From: a virus
Reading direction: 5' to 3' (one strand)
DNA: 64,000 nucleotides
IMG/VR virus record: IMGVR_UViG_3300005663_001084
Span: 24,929 to 88,928 of that record
Shown: piece by piece, positions 27,231 through 35,786 of the stretch
Numbering within the stretch: position 1 is the stretch's first letter
How the letters are laid out: each line of letters starts with the position of its first letter
Notes under the pieces: generated by a model
Seen by the model: only the letters and a program-made list of their open reading frames with translations
What the model was told of the DNA's origin: nothing
The model's database searches: none
Translations under genes and position numbers: made by a program

Positions 27231-27575
27231 TTACCTGGGGTCCTTCGGCGGCATCGACACATTCGGCACCTTGCACTGAAGGCGGCCGGTCCGTACTCCT
27301 TCGAGATTCAGATTCGGCATCTCAGGCGGCTCCATCTTCACCGCGCACACGCCGAACTCGTCAGGCGACATCCGCACCATCGAACATTCCCCCTCGCCCT
27401 TTGGTTTGCACATGGACGTGAAGTGCTGCGGCACCGGGTACCCGCGCTTCATGCACCACTCGTTGATCCGCATCCGTGCCCCGATGTCGCCTTCCGCCAG
27501 TACCACAATCATCCCCTGGTGCTGTGGCATGTTCAGCTTCGCGAGGTACATCGTCACATCCTTATACGATTTCAT
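27231..27575 (-). CDS. hypothetical protein
   Basis: Internal start MKSYKDVTMYLAKL. Confidence 0.4.
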   Translation of the reverse strand: MKSYKDVTMYLAKLNMPQHQGMIVVLAEGDIGARMRINEWCMKRGYPVPQHFTSMCKPKGEGECSMVRMSPDEFGVCAVKMEPPEMPNLNLEGVRTGRLQCKVPNVSMPPKDPR

Positions 27576-27832
27576 GTCGGCTCCGGGGTGTGGGCTCTGT
27601 AGGCCAGCGCCTGTAGGTGCTCGACCTGATCCTGGTGGCTGGCGAAGTACTTCTCGCCGCCCTCCTCGATGGTGGCCAGGATCTTCTTCAGGCGGTCGAT
27701 CTCGGCGTCCTTTTCCTTGATCAGGCAATCGACATGGTAGAGCTTGCCGGTTTCGTCCAGGTGTTGTGCCGCACCGTAGGCAACTACTTCGTTACAGAAG
27801 GCGCAGTCTCGGTAGTTATTGGAGTCAGTCAT
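27572..27832 (-). CDS. hypothetical protein
   Basis: Internal start MTDSNNYRDCAFCNEVV. Confidence 0.4.
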   Translation of the reverse strand: MTDSNNYRDCAFCNEVVAYGAAQHLDETGKLYHVDCLIKEKDAEIDRLKKILATIEEGGEKYFASHQDQVEHLQALAYRAHTPEPT

Positions 27833-27833
27833 C

Positions 27834-28037
27834 TCACTCCTCCTTCGCATCTTCAGTCCGATCAAAATACCCCTTCCCATCCTTGATTGTGTACCAATGT
27901 AATTTGCACTTCCCCGGACCACTTGTATCTTCCGGATACGGAAGTCCGATCCTGCTAGGCATTAGTCCACCGTAAAGCTCGTGAACAATCCCATCGAGCG
28001 GCCCGCCGACGAAAAGAATCTGCCGGGGGGAACTCAT
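27834..28037 (-). CDS. hypothetical protein
   Basis: ORF. Confidence 0.35.
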   Translation of the reverse strand: MSSPRQILFVGGPLDGIVHELYGGLMPSRIGLPYPEDTSGPGKCKLHWYTIKDGKGYFDRTEDAKEE

Positions 28038-28333
28038 CCGGATACCCCGCCGTCTTCGGCCTCTCTAGCCTCTCTAGCCTCTCTAGCCTCTCTGGCCCGT
28101 ATGGCTGCGAGGGCTCTGTCGCGGTCTACGTCGTTGGCGTGGACATGCCAATGCTGCGACTTACGCGCTGCGGCCAACTCCTGCCGCAGCCCTTCGGCGT
28201 ACTCATCCAGCGCGGCGGTGATGACTCTCTCAGTACAGCCACTATGGAGACCTCCAAAACGTCGGCAACAACTCTCCAAGAGTGTCATTACAGTCTCGTC
28301 CACGATCTTGTCCCGCAGTTCGTTGGTCATCAC
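28034..28333 (-). CDS. NELRDK-family protein (member A) with AREAREAREARE repeat
   Basis: Blocks MMTNELRDKIV and AALDEYAEGLRQELAAAR. The C-terminal (ARE)x4 is encoded by a 9-bp tandem repeat. Confidence 0.5.
   Translation of the reverse strand: MMTNELRDKIVDETVMTLLESCCRRFGGLHSGCTERVITAALDEYAEGLRQELAAARKSQHWHVHANDVDRDRALAAIRAREAREAREAREAEDGGVSG
28063..28098. repeat. 9-bp tandem repeat (CCTCTCTAG) x4 inside a CDS
   Basis: gcctctctagcctctctagcctctctagcctctctggcc. Confidence 0.8.
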
Positions 28334-28605
28334 TCCTCCCCTTCGTCTTCAGCCTGCGATTCGCGCCAGCGTTTGAGCAGGGCCTCGCGGGCTTTCTCGT
28401 CCATCCGCATCATCGAAAGCGGGTAGTACCGCGCGCCGTCGTCATCCGTGATCCTCACGTGAGGCTCGGCGAATCGTTTGATCCCCTCGCGCACTCCAAC
28501 TCTGTAACCCACCCCGATGCCAATCAGGAAAGCGACAAACGCGCAAACGATCACCATACAAAACCACGACCAATCCCATAATGAGTCCGGCTTTGCCATC
28601 TTCAC
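28330..28605 (-). CDS. membrane protein
   Basis: Transmembrane segment WFCMVIVCAFVAFLIGIGVGY. Confidence 0.4.
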   Translation of the reverse strand: MKMAKPDSLWDWSWFCMVIVCAFVAFLIGIGVGYRVGVREGIKRFAEPHVRITDDDGARYYPLSMMRMDEKAREALLKRWRESQAEDEGEE

Positions 28606-29216
28606 TCCTCCCCGCCGCCTTCAGCTAGCTCGGCCTCGATGCCTTCCAGGATTTTTGTAGCGGCCTCACGCTCGGCATCGCTGACAGGTCCAGTACCGAG
28701 TACGATAAGAATCTCTCCATTATCCCCGGTTATGCCGATCTGTTGACCACTGGCGGAATCTCGAAGAAACCCCAGCGCGTCCTTTTGGTACTGTTCTTTG
28801 GTTAGGACCTTCATTTTTCCTGTGTCGTCTTCGTCCCGCAACTTCTCCTCGTCGTCTTTGGCTTGTATGGTAGCGAGAGCTTTCTTAGCGCAGTGAGCCC
28901 ACTGCGCTATGTCTAGGTACCAAGTCAAAGCCTTACGCGCGACGGCCAACTTGATTCGGTAGCCTTCGTTTTGAACCCGATAATTCTCTGCCAACATTTT
29001 AACAGACCGCAAACAAGCAGATTGATCTTCTAGCTCGTGCCGCAACCCCTCGGCGTATTCGTTCAGCGCGGCGGCGATGATGGGACTCACCTTTTCATAT
29101 GCTTTGTTCCGCAACGCCGCGTATTCTTTACAATCCATGTCGCAGCGGTCGCCGAAAACGCCGGACACAGCCGCTGTTATCTTCCGTGCGATATTTTCCT
29201 GTCGTTCGTCGCTCAT
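28602..29216 (-). CDS. NELRDK-family protein (member B)
   Basis: Block AALNEYAEGLRHELEDQ. Confidence 0.5.
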   Translation of the reverse strand: MSDERQENIARKITAAVSGVFGDRCDMDCKEYAALRNKAYEKVSPIIAAALNEYAEGLRHELEDQSACLRSVKMLAENYRVQNEGYRIKLAVARKALTWYLDIAQWAHCAKKALATIQAKDDEEKLRDEDDTGKMKVLTKEQYQKDALGFLRDSASGQQIGITGDNGEILIVLGTGPVSDAEREAATKILEGIEAELAEGGGEE

Positions 29217-29244
29217 CGTTCTTCCTTTCCGCCGTCTTCGACGG

Positions 29245-29349
29245 CTACCACCATCCCGTGATGACCCCGGCGATGAGAATCATATACCACACGACTATCA
29301 AGATCCCAATAATGAGCCACACCTCCGGTGGCGGGGTGTCCGGGTTCAT
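29245..29349 (-). CDS. possible small membrane peptide (34 aa)
   Basis: MNPDTPPPEVWLIIGILIVVWYMILIAGVITGWW, ATGA-coupled to 29346..29654. Not in the ORF track. Confidence 0.3.
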   Translation of the reverse strand: MNPDTPPPEVWLIIGILIVVWYMILIAGVITGWW

Positions 29350-29654
29350 GCCTTCTCGCCTTTGTCGGCCTGCATGGCTTTGAGCGCTTCACGGGCGGTG
29401 TCGGCCTGCCCCTGCGCCCAGGGTGATGCACCGCCACTATAGCGTCTGATTTCCTTCAGTGCGGTCATCGCCACATCCAAATTATCCCGCAGCCCCTTGG
29501 CGTACTCGTCCAGCGCGTCGGCGATGATGGGAACTGCCACGTCCCAGCGCACCGAGATATGGTTTGCGCCATAAAAAGTGCAATCTTCTTCGAGAGTCTC
29601 CGACAATGCCCGCGCGATCTTGTCCCGCAGTTCGTTGGAGTCAGGCATCTTCAT
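29346..29654 (-). CDS. NELRDK-family protein (member C)
   Basis: Blocks MKMPDSNELRDKIA and ADALDEYAKGLRDNL. Confidence 0.5.
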   Translation of the reverse strand: MKMPDSNELRDKIARALSETLEEDCTFYGANHISVRWDVAVPIIADALDEYAKGLRDNLDVAMTALKEIRRYSGGASPWAQGQADTAREALKAMQADKGEKA

Positions 29655-30096
29655 CCTCCCCGCCGTCCTTGTAAGCCTCTTGAATGAGCTTCAATCCTTT
29701 GCGTATCTGGTCTGGGTTGTCGCTCTCGGAGATCTTGTGCAGCACGACTGAACGAATCTTGGCCAGGAATTCGACTTTATCAATGATTAGAGCCTCTTCG
29801 GGCTGCATGGCTGCGAGAGTTTCTCGGGTAATCTCGCGACACCGAATAGTCTCTTCGGACTTACCGGTAATCCATGTAGTACATATTTCTTGGATCTTAC
29901 CCAATGCCTCCCGACTTACGGCCAACTTCTCTCGCAGCCCCTCGGCATACTCGTCCAGTGCGGCCGCGACGTAGCTAGGTAACTTGTCCAGGCCTTGGAT
30001 CATGCGTGGCTCGTGGACAAGCCATGCGTCGGCCCATTTATGTGACCACTCGTCCGCGACCTTGTCCCGCAGTTCGTTTTTGTCAGGCATCTCCAT
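29641..30096 (-). CDS. NELRDK-family protein (member D)
   Basis: Internal start MEMPDKNELRDKVA. Block AALDEYAEGLREKL. Confidence 0.5.
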   Translation of the reverse strand: MEMPDKNELRDKVADEWSHKWADAWLVHEPRMIQGLDKLPSYVAAALDEYAEGLREKLAVSREALGKIQEICTTWITGKSEETIRCREITRETLAAMQPEEALIIDKVEFLAKIRSVVLHKISESDNPDQIRKGLKLIQEAYKDGGEDEDA

Positions 30097-30400
30097 CTCC
30101 CACTTTCTCTTTGATCGCGTCCAGGGCATCTTGCGCGGCCAGCACGTGACATAAAAAACCGTGTCGAGGCTCGGTAACATCTTCATCGGTAATCACGTGC
30201 GGGCAGCTACAGCCTCTGGCGATGATGAACTTAAAAGCATTTGCAGCCACGTACAGGGCTTCGACCTGCTTTTGGCCCCGAGAGTCTTTCAGCCTCCTCA
30301 CCATCACCCCGCGATGATGAAGGCAATACCTCTTACTGTCGAGCCTTGGGTCAGTGTAGATACCAATAGTGCCACAGTCCAGAAATTCACATTTAGCCAT
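30083..30400 (-). CDS. Cys/His-rich protein
   Basis: MAKCEFLDCG...CLHH...CSCPH. Confidence 0.45.
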   Translation of the reverse strand: MAKCEFLDCGTIGIYTDPRLDSKRYCLHHRGVMVRRLKDSRGQKQVEALYVAANAFKFIIARGCSCPHVITDEDVTEPRHGFLCHVLAAQDALDAIKEKVGDGDA

Positions 30401-30422
30401 GCTCAGTTCTCCTCGTCGTCCA

Positions 30423-30962
30423 TCATAAGATGCGTCCGTCCTCGTAAGCCTTCGCGAACTCCTTCGCGAACTCCGGGCTCAGGTCCATCAGGGCATGTCG
30501 GATGGCGTTGGCTGTCCGGCCCGGGTCCCGGCCTTCCAGGAACGTCTCCTTGCAGCTATCCACGAAGCGCTGGAGAGGGTGGTTCAGGTCGTCTGCCCGC
30601 TCTAAAGCATTTAGCGCTCCACGGGCGATGTCATAGACTGAGCCTTTACTTCGGTCGGTCTCGGCCATGAGGATATTGATGGTGCTCTGGTCGATTTTTA
30701 GTAAGTCGTATCCATCTTGAGTCAGCTTGCGTTGCAGGTCGAGCGCCTCAGTCAAACGCTCGACCTCGGCCTGCTGGGCGTCGAGCGCATCCAGTAGCCG
30801 TCCGGACTCCTGGGCCAACTCCCACGCGAGGCGCACCGGACCGTTCATATCGGTCAGGTTTACCCCGTGCATCGTGTTCAGCTTCTGCATGCGGGCGAAC
30901 CTGCTCTTTAGGTTGTCCCGCTTTTCCTGGAGTAGCACGTCATCCATCGTCAGGCTCCTCAT
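30423..30962 (-). CDS. hypothetical protein
   Basis: ORF. Confidence 0.45.
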   Translation of the reverse strand: MRSLTMDDVLLQEKRDNLKSRFARMQKLNTMHGVNLTDMNGPVRLAWELAQESGRLLDALDAQQAEVERLTEALDLQRKLTQDGYDLLKIDQSTINILMAETDRSKGSVYDIARGALNALERADDLNHPLQRFVDSCKETFLEGRDPGRTANAIRHALMDLSPEFAKEFAKAYEDGRIL

Positions 30963-31221
30963 CCATTATGTCGCCCAGCCGGTCGAACAGGTAGTCCGCC
31001 TTTAGATCGACGTTGATCGCCGTGAAGCGTAACCGCTGGCAAACATTAGATATGGGAAACATATCGCCTTCGACACCTCCGGGACCAGCGGCTGACTCAG
31101 CCAGTGCTCGGATAATGTGGAAACACTCACGCAGTGCCTCCTCGGCGTCGCCCAGGTTCTCGATGAGGTCCATTCTGAAGCGGCCCCGGTCGTCTACGAT
31201 GCTGGCGAATGATCCTGCCAT
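30940..31221 (-). CDS. hypothetical protein
   Basis: Internal start MAGSFASIVDD. Confidence 0.4.
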   Translation of the reverse strand: MAGSFASIVDDRGRFRMDLIENLGDAEEALRECFHIIRALAESAAGPGGVEGDMFPISNVCQRLRFTAINVDLKADYLFDRLGDIMDEEPDDG

Positions 31222-31370
31222 CAGACTGCTCCCGTGCAGATCAGGGTGACCAGGACCCCGGCCGCGCCGCCGAGTACGACACCGATCCAGAAGGACATCC
31301 ACTGTTTGAAGCGGACCTCCCGGACCAACTGCATCGTGTGGAACTCTCTAAGCTCGTGGTCAGTGGCCAT
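31221..31370 (-). CDS. possible small membrane protein (49 aa)
   Basis: MATDHELREFHTMQLVREVRFKQWMSFWIGVVLGGAAGVLVTLICTGAV. Its stop overlaps the start of the downstream gene. Not in the ORF track. Confidence 0.35.
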   Translation of the reverse strand: MATDHELREFHTMQLVREVRFKQWMSFWIGVVLGGAAGVLVTLICTGAV

Positions 31371-31626
31371 CGGTTGACTCCTGCGGCTCGAACAAAGCGC
31401 TGGTCACGATCTCCTTCACCGCGCTCACGTTACCCATGATGACGTAGTGGCGGGCGCAGATCAGGGCGTGCCGGAGCCGGTTGATCTCGTTGACGCACTC
31501 CTTCATGTCGACGGTGTAGGTATTCTCCCAGTGGCCATCATCCGGGTCCACCGTGGCCACGAACTTCTGGTGCTCCCGCAGGCGCTTCAAGGTCATCAGG
31601 GCTGGGGTTCCTTGCTCCATGACCAT
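31360..31626 (-). CDS. hypothetical protein
   Basis: The ATG lies 6 nt after the GATAAT of a class-1 promoter. Confidence 0.5.
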   Translation of the reverse strand: MVMEQGTPALMTLKRLREHQKFVATVDPDDGHWENTYTVDMKECVNEINRLRHALICARHYVIMGNVSAVKEIVTSALFEPQESTDGH

Positions 31627-31665
31627 ATTATCGGATCGGCAGGGCAGTTTGCCCAGAATTTCTTG
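31627..31665 (-). promoter_or_regulatory. class-1 leaderless promoter, minus-strand member of a divergent pair
   Basis: The reverse complement reads aaattCTGGGCAAActGCCcTgCCgATCCGATAATatggtcATG. Confidence 0.6.
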
Positions 31666-31698
31666 CCCAAATAGCCCTCTGAATCCGATAATACAGGC
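31650..31698 (+). promoter_or_regulatory. class-1 leaderless promoter, plus-strand member of a divergent pair
   Basis: gaatttcTTGCCCAAATAGCCcTCtgaATCCGATAATAcaggcATG. Confidence 0.65.
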
Positions 31699-31953
31699 AT
31701 GAAGACCAAGACGGCCCGGCCCATGTATCTGATCGTGCCCGACAACGCGCCGCCCTACGTACTCAAAGGCAGGATGACTGTGGCCATCAAGGACAAGCTC
31801 GGTGGCTCGCGCAACAAGCTGCTCAAGATTGAAGACGGTGTCGCGTCGCAGCTATCTATGACCGGACACTTCACCGAGAAGGACCCGTGGTCCTGGGTCG
31901 AGGTGCCACGGCAGACGTTCGCGACGCCGGAGAAGGAGGCTCCCAGTGACTGA
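31699..31953 (+). CDS. hypothetical protein
   Basis: Leaderless start 6 nt after the -10. Confidence 0.55.
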   Translation: MKTKTARPMYLIVPDNAPPYVLKGRMTVAIKDKLGGSRNKLLKIEDGVASQLSMTGHFTEKDPWSWVEVPRQTFATPEKEAPSD

Positions 31954-32194
31954 GCCCGACGGCACACCGATCCAGCCCCTCGCCGCCGACGTGGTCCCGC
32001 GTATGATCCCCGAGCGTGAGGAGTGGCCGGATGCCTGTTGCGACGAGTGCGGTAATCAGCAGCACATTTGCAGTGGTGAGGGCTGGGTCTTTAACGAGCA
32101 GTACTACCGCGATACGAAGACGAACCGGGTGCTCTGCCCTCAGTGCGCGGTCGACGTGCTCCAGGGTGTAGAGCACGTGGAGGAGAAACCGTGA
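31946..32194 (+). CDS. zinc-ribbon protein
   Basis: CCDECGNQ...CPQCA. Confidence 0.5.
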   Translation: MTEPDGTPIQPLAADVVPRMIPEREEWPDACCDECGNQQHICSGEGWVFNEQYYRDTKTNRVLCPQCAVDVLQGVEHVEEKP

Positions 32195-32373
32195 AGTGTC
32201 CCAAGTGCGGAGCAGAGAACACCAGCTTGTACGGCTACTTCGATGAGCCAGAGACGATGCGCTGCAACGCCTGCCTCGACCGGCGGGAGCGCTGGGTCAG
32301 GCTCGCCATGTTGGTTGGGCTGGTGACGGCTTTCGTGATACTAATCGTGATGCTGAGGGGGCTGCTTCAATGA
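32191..32373 (+). CDS. zinc-ribbon plus transmembrane protein (60 aa)
   Basis: GTG start after GGAGGAGA. CPKCGAE...CNAC, then transmembrane segment LAMLVGLVTAFVILIVML. Confidence 0.45.
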   Translation: MKCPKCGAENTSLYGYFDEPETMRCNACLDRRERWVRLAMLVGLVTAFVILIVMLRGLLQ

Positions 32374-32849
32374 CGCTTGACCTAGAGAAGATCAAAGAAG
32401 CCCTGGCGTCACGCCCGACCAACTGCCCGTACTGCAAGATCTCCGTGCCGGGTTCGGTCCAGATGGCGTGCACGAACCTGGAGGATGACTGCGAGTTTCA
32501 GATCTGGTGCAGTGGCTGTTGGGCGCACGGACCGACGTGTAGCACTTTGCAAAGTGCACTCGACGGCTGGAACAGAGTGGCTGACGCGTCAGACGACAAG
32601 GCGCTTGACGAGTACGAGATCGCGAACCTCATGGGCCTGTTGATGCGGTCGGCCGAGCATGACAACGGCGACTGGTTTTGCCAAGTCATGTACAAGCTGA
32701 TCGCCGAGTGCCGGGTGCAGGGCCTGAAGATGCTCGACAACAACTTCGGCGACCGGATCAACGTGGAGACCCTCGCGCTCATGTCTTCAACCCAGTGGAC
32801 GCTGCGCCCCGGCCAGCAAATGCTGAGCGGAGGCTGCCAAGATGGCTGA
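32370..32849 (+). CDS. Cys-rich protein
   Basis: CPYCKI...CSGCWAHGPTC. Confidence 0.5.
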   Translation: MTLDLEKIKEALASRPTNCPYCKISVPGSVQMACTNLEDDCEFQIWCSGCWAHGPTCSTLQSALDGWNRVADASDDKALDEYEIANLMGLLMRSAEHDNGDWFCQVMYKLIAECRVQGLKMLDNNFGDRINVETLALMSSTQWTLRPGQQMLSGGCQDG

Positions 32850-32854
32850 AGGAG

Positions 32855-33052
32855 ATGAAGATGGCGAGTGAAGTTTCCAACGAGACGATGATCGAAGAAT
32901 CTCTGGAGGTCGCGTCGGATGCCCTGAACGACTGGGAGTACAAGTTTCTGATAAGCATCAAGGAACGGGTCGACCAGGGCCGCGAACTCACAGACAATCA
33001 GCAGGACAAGCTGGACCAGATCTACAAGAAGGTCTGCGACTCTCCGTACTAA
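32855..33052 (+). CDS. hypothetical acidic protein
   Basis: MKMASEVSNE, with GGAG directly upstream. Confidence 0.45.
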   Translation: MKMASEVSNETMIEESLEVASDALNDWEYKFLISIKERVDQGRELTDNQQDKLDQIYKKVCDSPY

Positions 33053-33358
33053 ATGGCGCGGAACAACATGACTGTGAAGTACTTCAAGCTGAAGGTGGCA
33101 GGGCTCTCCGTGTTCTTCGTGGTGATGGTAACCTGGGGGCTCGGAGCCTCCATCAAGAACCACAACCAGCATATGGCTAACCTGTACGCTGCCGAAGACC
33201 AGCCCTTCGTCAATCAAGCAGGCCAGCACGTCGTCACGATTACCAACTACCGACTGGCCGCGTGGCTGAAGCGGCACCCAGAAGCAGTGGTCGTCGCCTT
33301 AACGTCCCACCATGGTGGGACGGCCATCGTGGTCTACACAATTTACGAGGTGGAGTAG
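33053..33358 (+). CDS. membrane-anchored protein
   Basis: Transmembrane segment LSVFFVVMVTWGLGA. Confidence 0.45.
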   Translation: MARNNMTVKYFKLKVAGLSVFFVVMVTWGLGASIKNHNQHMANLYAAEDQPFVNQAGQHVVTITNYRLAAWLKRHPEAVVVALTSHHGGTAIVVYTIYEVE

Positions 33359-33525
33359 ATGATCAAGATCCCGCAAATACTCAACTGGATACTAGCCGTC
33401 ACGGCCGGTACCGCACTGATCGCCGCTGCTCAGTACCACGACAGCACCTTCGTGTGTGTCATTGGCGGCGTGCTGTCGGTGTTGGGCCTGATCGGACTGC
33501 TGAAAGAGATGGCTGGCGACTGATG
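33358..33525 (+). CDS. small membrane protein (55 aa)
   Basis: MIKIPQILNWILAVTAGTALIAAAQ...VIGGVLSVLGLIGLL. Not in the ORF track. Confidence 0.35.
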
Positions 33526-33548
33526 GGCAAGGTGAGGTGCGGTAGTCT

Positions 33549-33800
33549 TTGGTTAGGTCCGACATGGGAGATACAACGATGACTGAGGATCGCAATTGTC
33601 GGGTGTGGGTGTCAAGGGGGGATCTGATTCTACTGCTGGCTGCGTTGGCGTTCCTGCTCCTATGCACGATCACGATTGGCCTGAGCAGCATCAACAACAC
33701 CCTGGAACAGATCCGGGACCGCCTGCCCGCGCCCGTGGTTGAGAAGGAGAAGCCAGGACTGACGACAACGCCATCGTTGGCGACTGACTGGCCTCGTTGA
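33549..33800 (+). CDS. membrane protein
   Basis: Transmembrane segment LILLLAALAFLLLCTITIGL. Confidence 0.4.
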   Translation: MVRSDMGDTTMTEDRNCRVWVSRGDLILLLAALAFLLLCTITIGLSSINNTLEQIRDRLPAPVVEKEKPGLTTTPSLATDWPR

Positions 33801-33809
33801 GGAGGTACT

Positions 33810-33986
33810 ATGAAAATCTCACTCGCTGCAATCATAATCACGTTCCTGTCAGTGGCTATTTGCGTTGTCGAAGGCTTGGCTTGGTATCCTGACAATGAGG
33901 TTTTTGCTGGCATCTTCACGAACCACTTGCTTCTAGGTATTGTCCTCTTTGTAGTCATCGAGATGAGCTTTAGGAGACACAACTGA
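33810..33986 (+). CDS. small membrane protein (58 aa), AT-rich
   Basis: MKISLAAIIITFLSVAICVVEGLAWYPDNEVFAGIFTNHLLLGIVLFVVIEMSFRRHN. GC is markedly lower than the surroundings. Not in the ORF track. Confidence 0.35.
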   Translation: MKISLAAIIITFLSVAICVVEGLAWYPDNEVFAGIFTNHLLLGIVLFVVIEMSFRRHN

Positions 33987-34053
33987 TGGGCTGGATGTAC
34001 TGCGGACAGGACGACTTGGGCCGGGACATCGGCTACGGCGAGGAGGTTGCGAA

Positions 34054-34299
34054 GTGCTGACTCTCTGCGCCCATATCGGATGTCCGGCAAAGATCCTGCT
34101 CACCATCGAGCACATAATGACCGAAGGTATCGTTTGGTACTGCCGTCGCCACACGCCTGCGTCAGCCAGCAAGGCCAAGGCACAGTATCTGTTCGACAAG
34201 TGCGTGAAGGAACTGGGGGCGTTAGGCTACGAGATCCTGGACAGCCACGAGTCTCTGGAGCCGGTGGGGATCTTTCTCATCGAGGACAACGATGAGTGA
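34054..34299 (+). CDS. hypothetical protein
   Basis: ORF with cysteines CAHIGCP...YCRRH. Confidence 0.4.
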   Translation: MLTLCAHIGCPAKILLTIEHIMTEGIVWYCRRHTPASASKAKAQYLFDKCVKELGALGYEILDSHESLEPVGIFLIEDNDE

Positions 34300-34543
34300 C
34301 ACTGTGGTCGACTTGGTGGCCTCGTTCAAGTACTTCAATGTCCATGGGTGGCCACGGAAGAAACACCGCAAAACCCGGGACTACACGGTCGTCTGCAAGA
34401 AGGGCTCCACCCTGGGTGAGATCGTGTTCTACAGTAACTGGCGGCAGCACGTCCTGGTCCCAACATCGGGCACAGTTTGGAGCAAGGGCTGCCTCGCCAA
34501 CGTGAACGAGTTCATCGAAGGTATTGGAAGGAAGTGGAGGTGA
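34292..34543 (+). CDS. hypothetical protein
   Basis: ORF. Confidence 0.4.
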   Translation: MSDTVVDLVASFKYFNVHGWPRKKHRKTRDYTVVCKKGSTLGEIVFYSNWRQHVLVPTSGTVWSKGCLANVNEFIEGIGRKWR

Positions 34544-34546
34544 CTT

Positions 34547-34765
34547 GTGAAAGAAGCTGAAGCGACAAACGGTGAGAAGCTGAAGGCTTTAGTGGCATCG
34601 TTTAATCTCAGATGTACCTTGACGACCGCCCTGAAGCACATAGAGCCATTTGGCCCGGAACGTACGTGCTGGGATGAGTGGGCAGACCAGCTTAAACGCT
34701 TCCAGACGGAGGCTGCATTCCCTCCCGATCCCTTCTGGTCTCCGCCACCTAAGCCTAAAGCGTAA
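34547..34765 (+). CDS. hypothetical protein
   Basis: GTG start after GGAGGTGA. Confidence 0.35.
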   Translation: MKEAEATNGEKLKALVASFNLRCTLTTALKHIEPFGPERTCWDEWADQLKRFQTEAAFPPDPFWSPPPKPKA

Positions 34766-34774
34766 CTTTTCTAC

Positions 34775-34815
34775 ATTTTCTCCTAGCCAAATAGCCTTCC
34801 CAATCCGATAGTACT
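34775..34815 (+). promoter_or_regulatory. class-1 conserved promoter
   Basis: ttttctCCTAGCCAAATAGCCtTCCcaATCCGATAGTActc. It sits ahead of the NAD salvage operon. Confidence 0.6.
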
Positions 34816-34856
34816 CATAGCGGGTTTAACCGATACCGCACGCATGGAGACACCAG

Positions 34857-35786
34857 ATGAAAGAAGTCAGCCCCCCGGCGGCAGATGTCGGCGTCCTAGT
34901 CGGCAGGTTCCAAGTCCACAAACTCCACGAAGCACACCTGGAACTGATCAGGCACGTGGTCAAGCACCACGACCGCGTGATGATCTTCCTGGGCATGTCG
35001 CCGTGCCGCGTCACGAGGAACAACCCCCTCGACTTCGACGCCCGCAAAGCGATGATCCAGGACGCCTTCCCGGACGTAAGTGTCTACTACGTCAGGGACT
35101 GCCGACCCGATGACCTGTGGTCTAAGCGCCTCGACAACATGATCTATGAGCACATCAAGCCGGGCGCGAAGGTCCTGCTGTACGGTGGGCGCGACGCGTT
35201 CATCAAGCACTACGAAGGCAAGATCCCCACGCGCGAGTTGGAGCAGGAGGTCTTCATCTCGGGCACCGCCGTGCGCAACACCATCGCCAACACCGTGCCC
35301 AAGACGACCGACTTCCGCGCCGGGGTCATCTGGGCCTCCCAGAATCAGTACCCGCGTGCCATCCCCACCGTCGACGTGGCCGTCTGGGACGAGACCGGCG
35401 AGAAGCTCCTACTGGCCCGCAAGCCCGACGAGGATCTCTACCGCTTCATCGGCGGCTTTGCCACTGGCCCAACGTACGAGTCCGACGCGCGGCGCGAGGT
35501 CGACGAGGAAGCGCACATCGCCATCACCGATCCAGTCTACGTGGGCTCGCATCAGGTCGACGACTGGCGCTACCGCAGCGAGGCCGACAAGATCGTCACG
35601 CTCCTATTCGAGGCCAAGCGGCTCAGCGGCAACCCACGTCCCGACGATGACATCGCTGAACTCAAGTGGTTTGATTTCGCAACACTCCGCGACGAAATGG
35701 TCGTCCCGGAGCACCGTCCACTCCTCAAGATGCTTCAATGCAAGAGGGAGACACACCATGAAGACGAACATCGTACTGGCGACTGA
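34857..35786 (+). CDS. nadM: bifunctional NMN adenylyltransferase/Nudix hydrolase (NadM-Nudix type)
   Basis: N-terminal cytidylyltransferase-fold block VLVGRFQVHKLHEAHLELI. Nudix box GGFATGPTYESDARREVDEEAHI. The 3' end overlaps the nadV start. Confidence 0.8.
   Translation: MKEVSPPAADVGVLVGRFQVHKLHEAHLELIRHVVKHHDRVMIFLGMSPCRVTRNNPLDFDARKAMIQDAFPDVSVYYVRDCRPDDLWSKRLDNMIYEHIKPGAKVLLYGGRDAFIKHYEGKIPTRELEQEVFISGTAVRNTIANTVPKTTDFRAGVIWASQNQYPRAIPTVDVAVWDETGEKLLLARKPDEDLYRFIGGFATGPTYESDARREVDEEAHIAITDPVYVGSHQVDDWRYRSEADKIVTLLFEAKRLSGNPRPDDDIAELKWFDFATLRDEMVVPEHRPLLKMLQCKRETHHEDEHRTGD

Noticed and set aside
28063-28098. CRISPR-like or satellite repeat
   Set aside because: It is only four copies of a 9-bp unit with no spacers. 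It is in frame inside a CDS and encodes an (ARE)n repeat.
32498-33277. 259-aa minus-strand ORF
   Set aside because: Antisense to plus-strand genes that have ribosome-binding sites and coupling.
35146-35757. 5' two-thirds of track ORF 35146..37140
   Set aside because: This is the alternate frame of nadM. Its translation is low-complexity Ser, Arg and Thr-rich. The NadV homology begins at ATG 35758.
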